64,000 bases of DNA, taken from contig JBFWVL010000005.1 in NCBI GenBank assembly GCA_050246755.1, positions 96,001 through 160,000 of the forward strand, written 5' to 3'. Positions within the stretch are counted from its first letter, which is position 1. The number at the start of each line of letters is the position of its first letter. The notes below the pieces were generated by a model that saw nothing but the letters and a program-made list of their open reading frames with translations, made no database searches and was not told the DNA's origin. Shown here piece after piece: positions 39,082-48,773 of this stretch. The DNA comes from Bacteriovoracia bacterium (GTDB lineage: Bacteria; Bdellovibrionota; UBA1018; CAIPTA01). The position numbers were made by a program, and so were the translations under genes.

Positions 39082-40119
39082 ATGATCAAAACCAAAGGTT
39101 ACGCCGCCACTTCCGCCAATGCCCCCCTGATGCCCTACGAGTTCGAGCGCCGCGAGCCCCGGCCCGACGACGTAGTAATCGAGATCAGCCACTGTGGCAT
39201 TTGCCATTCCGATATCCATACCGTGCGCAGCGAGTGGGGGCCGGCCGAATACCCTTGCGTGCCGGGCCACGAGATCGTGGGCCACGTGGTGCAAGTTGGC
39301 AAAAAAGTGAAGCGCTTCAAGGTTGGGGATCTCGCCGGCGTGGGCTGTCTCGTGAATTCCTGCGGGAAATGCCCGGCATGCAAAGCCAACGAGGAGCAAT
39401 TCTGCCCGAACGGAGTTTTCACCTACGACCGTAAAGATTACGACGGCACCGTTACCAAGGGCGGTTACTCCACCTGCATCGTGGTGCGCGATAAGTTCAC
39501 GCTCAAGATAAAAAAAGACCAGCCGCTCGAGCGGATCGCGCCGCTTCTCTGCGCGGGCATCACCACCTATTCCCCGCTCAAGCGCTTCGGCACCAAAAAA
39601 GGCAAAAAAGTAGGCGTGGTTGGTTTGGGCGGCTTAGGGCATATGGCCGTCAAGATCGCGGCCGCCATGGGCGCGGAAGTAACGGTATTCAGTACCTCGC
39701 CCGATAAAGAAAAAGACGCGCGGAAGCTCGGCGCGAAGAAGTTCGTGGTCACCCGGGATCCGAAAAATTTTGCTTCCCTAGCCGGATCCCTCGATCTCAT
39801 CATCGACACCGTGTCCGCGAGGCACGATTTCACGCCCTACCTCGGCACACTGAAAACGGGCGGCACGCACGTGTTGGTGGGGGCTTCCCCGGATCCGAAC
39901 GAGGTGCAGGCCTTCGCGCTGATCTTCGGGCGCAAGCATCTTGCGGGTTCCTTGATCGGCGGATTGAAAGAGACCCAAGAAATGCTGGATTTCTGTGCGA
40001 AGAAAAAAGTATTCGCCGATATCGAGCTGATCCCCGCTTCGCGGATCAATGAGGCCTACGAGCGCACTATCAAGAGCCAGGTGAAGTACCGCTTCGTGAT
40101 CGACGCGAAAACTTTCTAG
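39082..40119 (+). CDS. Zn-dependent NADPH alcohol dehydrogenase (YahK/CAD type)
   Basis: CGICHSD, PGHEIVG, structural-Zn Cys cluster, LLCAGITTYSPL, GLGGLG, YRFVID. Confidence 0.95.
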   Translation: MIKTKGYAATSANAPLMPYEFERREPRPDDVVIEISHCGICHSDIHTVRSEWGPAEYPCVPGHEIVGHVVQVGKKVKRFKVGDLAGVGCLVNSCGKCPACKANEEQFCPNGVFTYDRKDYDGTVTKGGYSTCIVVRDKFTLKIKKDQPLERIAPLLCAGITTYSPLKRFGTKKGKKVGVVGLGGLGHMAVKIAAAMGAEVTVFSTSPDKEKDARKLGAKKFVVTRDPKNFASLAGSLDLIIDTVSARHDFTPYLGTLKTGGTHVLVGASPDPNEVQAFALIFGRKHLAGSLIGGLKETQEMLDFCAKKKVFADIELIPASRINEAYERTIKSQVKYRFVIDAKTF

Positions 40120-40127
40120 CGGGGAAC

Positions 40128-42596
40128 TTATTGTTCGCTATTTCCCTCGGAAGTATCCGGTTCTTCTTCCGGTGGGTTTTCCTCGGGGATATCTTGTTCC
40201 CGGATGATGGGTTCGTCGTAGGGCTCTAAGCCAAAGATTTGCTTGTAGCCTTTGGAGTCCGGATCGTTTTTGTCCCAGCTTTTCATTTGATTCTTGTGCT
40301 CTTTAAGGATGTATTTTGCCAAAGCTTCGGGGAAGGGGCCGCCGAAACGGTCTCCCGTAAGCATGTCGTTGGTATCGTTCATACGCGTTTCATTAAAGGG
40401 ATAATAAAACTTTTCCTTCCCGAAAAGCTGGAAGAAACGTGGGCTGGCGTCGGAATCGTCGCGGATATCGTATTGGGAGAAGTCGAAGTACTGTTTGGCT
40501 AGAGCTTCGTATCGATCGAAAGCGTGGCGGCCTGGATTGGCCTCGTCGAAAGCTTGCACTACCGCGGGAGTAAAGTATTTGGCCGCTCCCGATTTTCCGT
40601 CGGGAAAATTAGCGTAGGAACTCGGGCTTTCATCCGTGGAAGAAAGAAAAGGAATGAGGGCCGCCACGGTGGTGGGAGCGAGGCGGAGCTTGGTTTCCAC
40701 TTCCGCGTCCACGCCGCCATGCTCTTTGCTGCTCCCGATTTTTCCTCCCGGGTCCTTTTCTTTTTCTTTGGGCGAAACGAGCGTGTCTTCGTGCCCTTCG
40801 GGCTGGTGGAACTGCCCCACGTAGCCACTTTTTATGTCGCCGTCTAAGTAGAGCACCATATCCTTGGGGCCTAGCGCGGTCTTGGGCTGGTAGAGAAACA
40901 TTTCCTCGTCTTTGAAAAGCAAGGTGCGAAGGGCCTTATAGCCTTCGTGATCGTAATCATTGATATAAGAAGAGCTCTCTTCCAAGAAGGGATAGAGCTC
41001 GCGCCACGGGGGCTTGGAGAATAGTCTTCCCACCGAAACGCGTTTTTCCTTCGGTAAATTATCCAGAAAGTTCAAAAAGGTAATGGGATCGTTTTGAAGC
41101 TTCTCGTCGAGATTGCTGATCATTTCGAAGATGCGGGTAAGTAATGGGTGCGGCGTCATCATATACTGGCGCGTGTAGTTATGGGTGAGAACTTCACGCT
41201 GCTCGGCATTCATTTCATCCAGAAGATCGGCCATGGCCTTTAGGTCTTCGGCGCGGTAGGTGGCGGCTTTTTCGGGATGCTGGGCGAATTTTTGCAAGAG
41301 CTGACCCGCCGGAGTGGCTAGCTTCTTGTCGATGCGCTGGTGGCTGCGTTTGTCCTGGCACTTTTGGTAAGATTCGAACGTGAGCTGGCTCAGCTCTTCT
41401 TTGCAGAGAGCGGCGATCTTGGCGGAAGCCGTAATTTCTTTGTCGCTCGCATCCACCGTGAGGTCGTAGTCGCTATCGTCCCTTTTTGCTTCCACCACTA
41501 ATTTCAGGGCGGAGAAATCTATTTTTATTTGTGGCCGTTCTGGCGCGCGTTCGCGCCCGAGAAAGCTTTGCGACATTCCTTCGCGGCCCATTTCGGTGGA
41601 TTCCGGTATCGGTTGCCCGTTACCAAAAGAGCCCTTGCCGCCCGTGAAATCGGTATTGCTGTCGATTTTTCCGGTCATGGGCCCGGAAGGCTCACCGGCG
41701 GCCGCGTCGCTTGCATCCGCGATCAGGAGGTCGGCGTAGGTGGCTTCCGGCTTTACTCCCATATTGGTGAGCAGGCCATGGAAAAGAAGCGCGGGATCGT
41801 AGACCGGAGCACTCGGCGCGGCCTGTTCTTTATTCGTCACGAGGTCGAGAACGCGTTTCGTCTTTTTCTCGATCAGCACTGGTGCGATGTGGTCCGTATA
41901 GAGCTGCGCGCCGAGCTGAAAATCTTGAGGGGGATAGAGGCCAGCGTCTTGCAGGTGGGCCAACACCAGCTTCGTATTCGATTGGCAGTTACCGCATTTC
42001 TCTTTGGCGAAAAAGTTCGTGAGGTTGCCGTAGTCGCGGCAGTAGTGACGGAAAAAATTCTGGTGCAGGTAGCTCACGGCCTTCTCGATTTTTTCCAGCT
42101 GCTTGAGCTTGGAATCGTTGTAGATTCGCTTAAGCACCGTTTGGTCTTTTTTGTAGCGGCGCAGGGCTTGGGTGAGCAGGGTAAGGTCCGGCGGTTCTTT
42201 GCTCCTTATTTCCGATTGGATCAGGAGCTCGCCGTAAGAATATTTGTGGCCACGCTTCTTTTTGGCGGACAGTAAATTGTCTTGGGCCTTTTCTACGATC
42301 GTTTCCCTGGAGAGCAGCCGGCTCAAGGGGAGGTCTTCTTCTTTCGAAAAATATTTCTCGATCGCGCTCTTGGTAGGTTTTTTCGCCAGGGGCTTCTTCG
42401 GCTCGGGTTGCAGAGCCACGTAGGCACTAAGGCCGGCCGCGTGCACGCCGGCCGAAGCGGCCAGAATTTTTTTGTAGGGAGATTTAAGTTTGGCGTAGTG
42501 ATTCGCGCAGGAACGTTCGCCCACGCGCACTTCGAGGGCCTTGGCCGCGAAGGCGGGAAGCGGACATAGGAGGATGGCCAGCCAGGCAAATCGCAT
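40128..42596 (-). CDS. large secreted protein with transglutaminase-like Cys-His-Asp core
   Basis: signal peptide; GNCQSNTKL...DHIAPV...VLDL; acidic C-tail. Confidence 0.6.
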   Translation of the reverse strand: MRFAWLAILLCPLPAFAAKALEVRVGERSCANHYAKLKSPYKKILAASAGVHAAGLSAYVALQPEPKKPLAKKPTKSAIEKYFSKEEDLPLSRLLSRETIVEKAQDNLLSAKKKRGHKYSYGELLIQSEIRSKEPPDLTLLTQALRRYKKDQTVLKRIYNDSKLKQLEKIEKAVSYLHQNFFRHYCRDYGNLTNFFAKEKCGNCQSNTKLVLAHLQDAGLYPPQDFQLGAQLYTDHIAPVLIEKKTKRVLDLVTNKEQAAPSAPVYDPALLFHGLLTNMGVKPEATYADLLIADASDAAAGEPSGPMTGKIDSNTDFTGGKGSFGNGQPIPESTEMGREGMSQSFLGRERAPERPQIKIDFSALKLVVEAKRDDSDYDLTVDASDKEITASAKIAALCKEELSQLTFESYQKCQDKRSHQRIDKKLATPAGQLLQKFAQHPEKAATYRAEDLKAMADLLDEMNAEQREVLTHNYTRQYMMTPHPLLTRIFEMISNLDEKLQNDPITFLNFLDNLPKEKRVSVGRLFSKPPWRELYPFLEESSSYINDYDHEGYKALRTLLFKDEEMFLYQPKTALGPKDMVLYLDGDIKSGYVGQFHQPEGHEDTLVSPKEKEKDPGGKIGSSKEHGGVDAEVETKLRLAPTTVAALIPFLSSTDESPSSYANFPDGKSGAAKYFTPAVVQAFDEANPGRHAFDRYEALAKQYFDFSQYDIRDDSDASPRFFQLFGKEKFYYPFNETRMNDTNDMLTGDRFGGPFPEALAKYILKEHKNQMKSWDKNDPDSKGYKQIFGLEPYDEPIIREQDIPEENPPEEEPDTSEGNSEQ

Positions 42597-42682
42597 ACTT
42601 AGGTATCGGTTTTAGGGCCTTTGGACTGGAGAAATCTCGCCGGGAAAATACCGTTTTCATCGTTTACACGGTTGCGGGAGCC

Positions 42683-43228
42683 TTAGTGTTTATGAGCCCC
42701 TAGGTGATTTTCAAGTTTATTGAACATCTCAGACCACCCTTGGCGACAGTCTTTTTGTAATTCGCTCGGAATACCCTCCTGAGAAAGTTTTACGCGGCTC
42801 CTATTTTCATCGAGGGAAGTGAAGTCGAACGTAATATAAACAAATTCTGGCCATATTCCGGGCATTTTTGCTTCTTGGGGCGAAATCGCGCGTCCGTTTT
42901 CGTCGGCAAACTGATCGGACATGACGATGAGCTCGTCTTCGATGATCTCCTTAAATTCACCGGTCATTCCGCCACCGCCGTCGGTGCCGTTTACCTTGCC
43001 TTTCATGTTGATGAAATACCTACCGCCTTCCCGAAAATCGAGTTCGGCTAGATCTGTTCGGAGTCCGTTGGGCCACCACCACGCTTTTATCTCCTTCGGG
43101 GTCTTGAACGCCGCGAAGAGCCGGCTTACCGGCACGCTGAATTCCCGTTCCAGCTCGAGCAGCGGGGCGGCGGGCGTGGAATTTTTATGGTTTTCTGGGC
43201 GACCGTTTTTCTCTTGAGATACTTGCAT
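42683..43228 (-). CDS. SRPBCC/AHSA1-domain protein
   Basis: LEREF..P...LF.AF..P.....WW, DFREGG.Y, GW......L; AAGGAG RBS. Confidence 0.9.
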   Translation of the reverse strand: MQVSQEKNGRPENHKNSTPAAPLLELEREFSVPVSRLFAAFKTPKEIKAWWWPNGLRTDLAELDFREGGRYFINMKGKVNGTDGGGGMTGEFKEIIEDELIVMSDQFADENGRAISPQEAKMPGIWPEFVYITFDFTSLDENRSRVKLSQEGIPSELQKDCRQGWSEMFNKLENHLGAHKH

Positions 43229-43423
43229 GGCGCTCCTTATGCTTTTTGTTTCTGAACCAGAGGCCTGCAAATTGCTGGCCTAACGAATAGGCGCTATTAA
43301 GTTAAGTTATTTTGGATTTAGAATTTCTTGAGGCTTCCTGCCCCGGGTGACGTTCGAAATTGCCTAGCATAGGCGTGGCTGGTTTTATCTATTAGGGGCT
43401 GCCGAGCTCTTAATCCGCATTAG

Positions 43424-43569
43424 CTGGCCTACTTGATTGTTGTTGGGAACCGCTAACCACATGCAGTCATTCGGCAATTCTTATAATGGTTTCGGATTTA
43501 TACCACCTAAGAGCTAGGTCAGCGAACTCACGCGCGAATCGCCATAAAAACAACAATCAAGTAGGCCAG
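43424..43569 (+). repeat. 146-bp MITE/ERIC-like element, copy 3
   Basis: perfect 21-bp terminal inverted repeat CTGGCCTACTTGATTGTTGTT. Confidence 0.9.
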
Positions 43570-43595
43570 GTCTTAATCATTGAGGTAGGTATGGT

Positions 43596-44255
43596 GTGTC
43601 GAGCCAAGACCGACTATTACCAGTGGCTATGAAGTTGTTTTTGGAGCGTGCACGCGAAATCGTTCTTTCGGTTTATCTCTACAACGAAGGACGCGGTTAC
43701 ATTTATCTAGAGGAGCTTCTACGTGTATTCGCATTGAAATACCCGCAAGAAGCGCAGCTTATTGCTTCGATCCGAAAGCATGCCGATGACGAACGCCGCC
43801 ATCATTCGCTATTCCAATCTTATTTTCGCGATAGGAACCGAAAGCCGTTTCAGGTGGGATCGTGGTACGGCTACTGCGATCAGATCGTCGCGCGGATTTT
43901 TGGAAAAACCCTCGATCAGCTGGAGCCCAGTGAGGTAATTCACGACGACAAGAAGTTTTTCCAGCTTTGCCGGCTCATTATGATTACCGAACTACGCGGA
44001 ATGAAGCAGGTGAATCTCATTCTGCGCAGTCCCCTGGTGCGAACTGAACCGGAGCTCGTGAAAATATTCTCGGTCGTTCAGCGCGACGAGCCTTCCCACT
44101 GCTATCCGTATCAGGCGTGGCTGAGGCGCCATGGCGAGCACGAGCCTTCGCTTCGGGAGAAGTTAGCGGACTGGAACGTGCACTATTCTTTGATGCTGCT
44201 AAAGCTGCCCGTTTTGTTTTTCAATCCATGGCTGCGGCGGCGAGAGGTTTTTTAA
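43596..44255 (+). CDS. ferritin-like di-iron protein
   Basis: YNE.RG, DERRH, TE.RG, DEPSH: paired E...DExxH motifs. Confidence 0.82.
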   Translation: MSSQDRLLPVAMKLFLERAREIVLSVYLYNEGRGYIYLEELLRVFALKYPQEAQLIASIRKHADDERRHHSLFQSYFRDRNRKPFQVGSWYGYCDQIVARIFGKTLDQLEPSEVIHDDKKFFQLCRLIMITELRGMKQVNLILRSPLVRTEPELVKIFSVVQRDEPSHCYPYQAWLRRHGEHEPSLREKLADWNVHYSLMLLKLPVLFFNPWLRRREVF

Positions 44256-44415
44256 GGGGTTTGGTCTATGGGCCAAGCGCCTACTGCAGATTTCGGGCGT
44301 CTCTCGGCAAGCAGGCCGGATGGTCGCGAACCCGCGCGTCATAGTGGCCGTAGTCCTTGATTTGTTATGGTGGGCCGCTTAAATTAATAAGCTAATTCTA
44401 TCTCGGGGGAGCAAA

Positions 44416-45465
44416 ATGAAACTTCGAAACAGCCTCTTTCTTGGCCTATTCTTTCTCGCCATCACCGCCCATGCATCTACCCAGCTGAAGTGGATTTTCG
44501 CTCATGGGCCCGTGGACGAGCAGGTTCTAGATTTGATGAAGAAGTACTCTCGAAGCATCAGCGCGCAGTCTCAAAAAAAGATTACCGTGCAACTGGAGAA
44601 TCTGCCCCTTAATACCTGGGATTCGCATAAGGGATGGGTATATCGCTGGAACGAGGCGCTCAAAAAACTTTCCGATGGCTCAGTGGATGTGGGGCAAATT
44701 TATACCGATGAGCTGGTAGATAAATTACCTAAGTTAGAGGTATTTGATTTGCCTTTTTTGTTTCGCGATCACGAGCACGTAGAGAAGGTTTTGAATGGTG
44801 AGATTGGGCGCGAGTTACTCGCCGAACTAACCGCGGCGTCGGCGGGAAAAATGCGCGCCATTGCGTTCACTTATAGCGGTGGATTTCGCGTGGTGGCTAG
44901 TTCCCGTGAGATCAAAACCGCGGACGCCTTTAAGGACATGAGAATTTCCGAGGAGAGCACCCGCTATCGTTCTGGGACGAAAGTATTGCGCTTGGAGACG
45001 TTTAAGGCATTGGGTTCCAATCTCGTAAGTCCGGACAGCGTGGAGGGGCATATCTCTCTCTTCGCCAAGAAGAAGATCGATATGTATACCGCTCCTTGGA
45101 AAGAGGTCTTGTATGACTCGAAGCACTTCACGCCATCCACGCCGAAGTTCGTGAGCGACGACCGCATGAGCCTCTTCACCACGGTAATTTTGGTGAGCGA
45201 AAACGCGTTTCAAAAGCTCTCCCGTGGCGAGCAGAAGATCTTAACCGACGAAATCAACTCTTTGGCCAGAGAAGAACGCGAGCTTTTCATTAGAGAGGCC
45301 GTGGACGCAAAGGCGGAGCTGCAGAAGATGGGTGTGAAGACGGTCTCCATGGAAGCAACTGAGATAGAAAAAATGCGTCGGCTCGCTCAGCCCATTTATT
45401 TGAGTTTCACTCAAGCCTCCGAGGGGAACGACAGCTTGGTGAAGCGTATTCAATCCGTGAAATAG
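44416..45465 (+). CDS. TRAP transporter solute-binding protein (DctP type), orphan
   Basis: signal peptide; FDLPFLFRD.EH...VL.G.IG, FTYSGGFR, F..LS..EQ. Confidence 0.85.
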   Translation: MKLRNSLFLGLFFLAITAHASTQLKWIFAHGPVDEQVLDLMKKYSRSISAQSQKKITVQLENLPLNTWDSHKGWVYRWNEALKKLSDGSVDVGQIYTDELVDKLPKLEVFDLPFLFRDHEHVEKVLNGEIGRELLAELTAASAGKMRAIAFTYSGGFRVVASSREIKTADAFKDMRISEESTRYRSGTKVLRLETFKALGSNLVSPDSVEGHISLFAKKKIDMYTAPWKEVLYDSKHFTPSTPKFVSDDRMSLFTTVILVSENAFQKLSRGEQKILTDEINSLAREERELFIREAVDAKAELQKMGVKTVSMEATEIEKMRRLAQPIYLSFTQASEGNDSLVKRIQSVK

Positions 45466-45481
45466 ACGCGGGCGGATAGAA

Positions 45482-46642
45482 GTGGATCGTCGCGATTTTC
45501 TTAAAACCACTGTTCTCCTGGCCGTCCCCGGCCTTCTGCTCGAGGGCTGTGCCCATTTTAATTTTTCCGAACCTTCTTCTTCCGGCGATGTCCTGCTCTT
45601 ACCTATGGTAGGTTCGCTGGGCATCTACCGCCCCAAGATCGATGAACTTCGTTTTATCGCCGTTCCCAATGTAAATACCCATTCGGTGGTCCCTAATCCC
45701 GCACGTCCGAGAGAGGTGCTTGTTTTGGACCAGGTTGAGACCCACGCTAGCCTGGTGGACATAGCTCAGGAGCGGCTATTAGCCACATGCTCGCCGGTGG
45801 ATGGTTTTGTATTTTCCGGGCATGGTTGCATCAGCGCCGATGGGCGCTATCTTTTCCTCTGTGAGAATCATAAGGACAATCAATCCCCGAGTGTGAAGAA
45901 AAAAATTCCCGGTCATATTACGGTGAGAGATGCATCTTCGCTTCAAGTGCTGCGGACGATTCCCGCTCACGGAGCGTGGGCGCACAACGTAATGTTCATG
46001 CGGGGTGAATCCATTCTAGCCGTCGGCTACCAAGCGACGGAAGGGGCCGCGAATGAGCCGAAGCGTGGGGCGGAGATGCTTTTTTTGTCGGCCTCAGAGG
46101 GTGCGATCCTCGAGCGTTTCGTTCCGCCGGACACTCATTGGTCGCTGAATCATTTCGATTTCACTCACGACGATAAAATTATTGTCGCGGCTCAAACGAC
46201 CTATGTCGATGGAGCGAAGGCTAGTGGCGACCTGGTTATTAAAGATCTCGTCGCTCCTGTGCTCATGGGAAAGCCAGGGCAAAAAAATTGGACGCAGAAC
46301 ATGCCGCCTTCTTTGGCGTCGAGCATGATTCGCAACCATACGGTTTTTGTAGACCGTGAGCGGAGGCGGGCTTTAGTTGCCCACCAATTGGGCGGCCACG
46401 TGAGTGTGTGGGATACGGATAAAGAGCAGTTAATTTCCGCACTGGAGATCGATAACCCTCAGGGTATCTGTGCCACGCTCGACGGCAGATATTATGTTGT
46501 GGTGAACAAAGAAAAGACGATTATTTTCTTGGAAGCCGAGACATTAAAAATTAGTAGACGAATCGATGGTCGGAATATGTCCCGTGCCGGTTTGGATGGG
46601 CCGCAACATATTGCCATGATTAAGGGTGGCGCTTCTGTTTAG
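45482..46642 (+). CDS. Tat-exported DUF1513 beta-propeller lipoprotein
   Basis: DRRDFLK twin-arginine signal, LEGC lipobox, F.GHG..S.DG..L...EN, HG..AH, S.NH. Confidence 0.75.
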   Translation: MDRRDFLKTTVLLAVPGLLLEGCAHFNFSEPSSSGDVLLLPMVGSLGIYRPKIDELRFIAVPNVNTHSVVPNPARPREVLVLDQVETHASLVDIAQERLLATCSPVDGFVFSGHGCISADGRYLFLCENHKDNQSPSVKKKIPGHITVRDASSLQVLRTIPAHGAWAHNVMFMRGESILAVGYQATEGAANEPKRGAEMLFLSASEGAILERFVPPDTHWSLNHFDFTHDDKIIVAAQTTYVDGAKASGDLVIKDLVAPVLMGKPGQKNWTQNMPPSLASSMIRNHTVFVDRERRRALVAHQLGGHVSVWDTDKEQLISALEIDNPQGICATLDGRYYVVVNKEKTIIFLEAETLKISRRIDGRNMSRAGLDGPQHIAMIKGGASV

Positions 46643-48399
46643 AGAGCTTCGGGCAAGGAAAGGCCGGTTTGCCGAGCGGTTTCCTGGGCCGTCTCTCGAT
46701 AGAGGTGAATCCAAGGCAAATCGTAGCCCATCGCCCAGGGTTTCAAGGCGGTAGTGAAATGAAGCACCTTGGGCCAACGAAGAGGGTTGTCATGCACTTC
46801 CGAAAATGCAGAACTGCGCCTCTGGTAATCGGCCATTTGATAGTTCCACTCGGGGTCTAATTCCTGGATTCGGCCGTGAAGCTGCACGTTGATCAGGTGT
46901 TGATCACAAAGGCCCGTGAGCTCGGGATGTCTGCGGGCCAGCCCGAAGCACTTTTCCACGAGCCGTTCTTTTCGCCAAATACCTAGATTAATTACGAGCA
47001 CGCCGGAATTGAAGTGGGCATCGTTTCCGTGAATTCCAAAGTTCGAGAGGTCGGGCAGATAGAGGCCCGGATGGCCAAAGCTTGCGAGGTAATCTTTGGC
47101 AGCCGCTAAAACATTCACGTGCCGCGCTTGCTCAATCAGGGAGGAAATACAGCCGAGAAAAAAAATATCGCAGTCGAAATAGACGCAATGATCGCCTTCG
47201 ATCGGAAGATTTGGAATTAATAGACGGGCATAGTTGCTTGGAGAAAAATGGTAATCGGTACGAAGATTGGAAAGGTCCATCGATGATACTGAGTGGATTT
47301 TGTAGCGAAAACGAGGATCTCGCGAAAAAGATTTTTTCAAAAGGGCGGAATTGGCGGCGAGGGTCCCGCAGGCCAGCACGTTGATAACGAGAGCCTCGGG
47401 CGAACGGTAGTTTTGGCTCAACGATTGTAGGGCTACTGCAAACGGAAAAAGGAAGCGTTCGTCCAGGGCGAAAGCGATTTCTACAGAGGGTTTCTCTTTC
47501 TTGATTTCTGTCTCAGCGCTTAGGTGCGATCGAGAAAAGTTTCCTACTCCTAAGGTGACAACCCGTTCGAGCCCATCCAGCTTGGCGTAGATCTGATTCT
47601 GATGGAGGGATTGGGTTACGAGGTTTCCGAAGAGAGCGTCACCTTCATTCGCTGCGCGGCGAACCCACTCCGCCTTCACTTTCAGGAGCTCCACATAACG
47701 GTATCTCTCATATTCCCGAACGAGGCCCCAATCCACGCCAGAGGGGCAATCGTTCAGCACGCTGAAATCTGCCGAAGTGCTCTCGCAGAAGGCAATCTCT
47801 TCGCGAAACCCTAAGCGGCCGGCTAATTCATACACTTCAAAAATTCGTGTACTTCCGGAAAATCTGAATTTTTCCCAGGATTGGCGGCGAATGAGGAAGG
47901 AGGGAGGCTCAAAAATAGGCGATTCGAGTAACCGCCAAGGAGTGATGATTCCGTTCCACCAGGGGCTATAAAGTTCGCGGCCGCGAACTTCCAGGCGGCC
48001 GTTTTCTATCAGGGTACGCGAATAATAAGACCGGCAGCAAACCGCAGATTTATCGCCCACCGCGGCCAGCATTTCGGCGAGAAAGCTCTCGGGCCACCAG
48101 TTGGTGTCGTCGAGCACGGCGATAAAGGCGCCACTGCCCTTGGCGGCCGCAAAATTGAGCTGCTCACCGTGAGGGTGGCCGTTGGTTGGAGCATCGTGCA
48201 GAATTTTTACCCGATCGGGATCGAGTTTCAGCGTCGCAACCAATGCCGAGATTGCGGCTTGATCACCACCATCATTCACGAGAAATAAGCGCCAATTGGA
48301 GTAAGTTTGCGCCCGCAGAGAAAGAAGGGCTCGCTCCAGCAGAGGCAGGCGATCCCGGGTCCGGGTGATCACATCGACAACGATGCTTGGGTGTTCCAC
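46639..48399 (-). CDS. GT2-GT8 fusion glycosyltransferase
   Basis: ITRTRDR...L, VNDGG; C-terminal YARL.IP, YFDCD, FNSGV, DQ..IN, WNYQ, HFT...KPW. Confidence 0.85.
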   Translation of the reverse strand: MEHPSIVVDVITRTRDRLPLLERALLSLRAQTYSNWRLFLVNDGGDQAAISALVATLKLDPDRVKILHDAPTNGHPHGEQLNFAAAKGSGAFIAVLDDTNWWPESFLAEMLAAVGDKSAVCCRSYYSRTLIENGRLEVRGRELYSPWWNGIITPWRLLESPIFEPPSFLIRRQSWEKFRFSGSTRIFEVYELAGRLGFREEIAFCESTSADFSVLNDCPSGVDWGLVREYERYRYVELLKVKAEWVRRAANEGDALFGNLVTQSLHQNQIYAKLDGLERVVTLGVGNFSRSHLSAETEIKKEKPSVEIAFALDERFLFPFAVALQSLSQNYRSPEALVINVLACGTLAANSALLKKSFSRDPRFRYKIHSVSSMDLSNLRTDYHFSPSNYARLLIPNLPIEGDHCVYFDCDIFFLGCISSLIEQARHVNVLAAAKDYLASFGHPGLYLPDLSNFGIHGNDAHFNSGVLVINLGIWRKERLVEKCFGLARRHPELTGLCDQHLINVQLHGRIQELDPEWNYQMADYQRRSSAFSEVHDNPLRWPKVLHFTTALKPWAMGYDLPWIHLYRETAQETARQTGLSLPEAL

Positions 48400-48773
48400 C
48401 GCTCGAAATTATTCTACCCTAAGAGCGAACGCAAAGAATTTATAACTTCGAATGAAGATTAGTGCTTGGACCGAAATGCTTTCGTGAGCGTAGATGCGGC
48501 CTTCCTGTAGGAAGAGAAAGTAAATTTATTACCCTCAAAATTAAGGGATGACAGACCGAGAATATTTAAAAAAATAGGCAAAAATGTGGCGAGGCTATCG
48601 AAAATAGAAGGGCCATTCGCAAGACCGGCTTTATTTAGAGGCTGGCTTTTCTCGTGGTACGGTTTCGAAAGTAGAGAATGGGAAGGTAAATCTTCAGGTT
48701 CTAGCTTTACGACGAATTGCTGAAACCATCGGCGTATCCATAGAAGCGTTTTTTAAATTTTAGCTTAATGAAG

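Noticed and set aside
10394-43569. The 145-bp repeats as a CRISPR array or small-protein genes
   Set aside because: Copies are dispersed, have no spacers or cas genes, and every frame checked hits early stops
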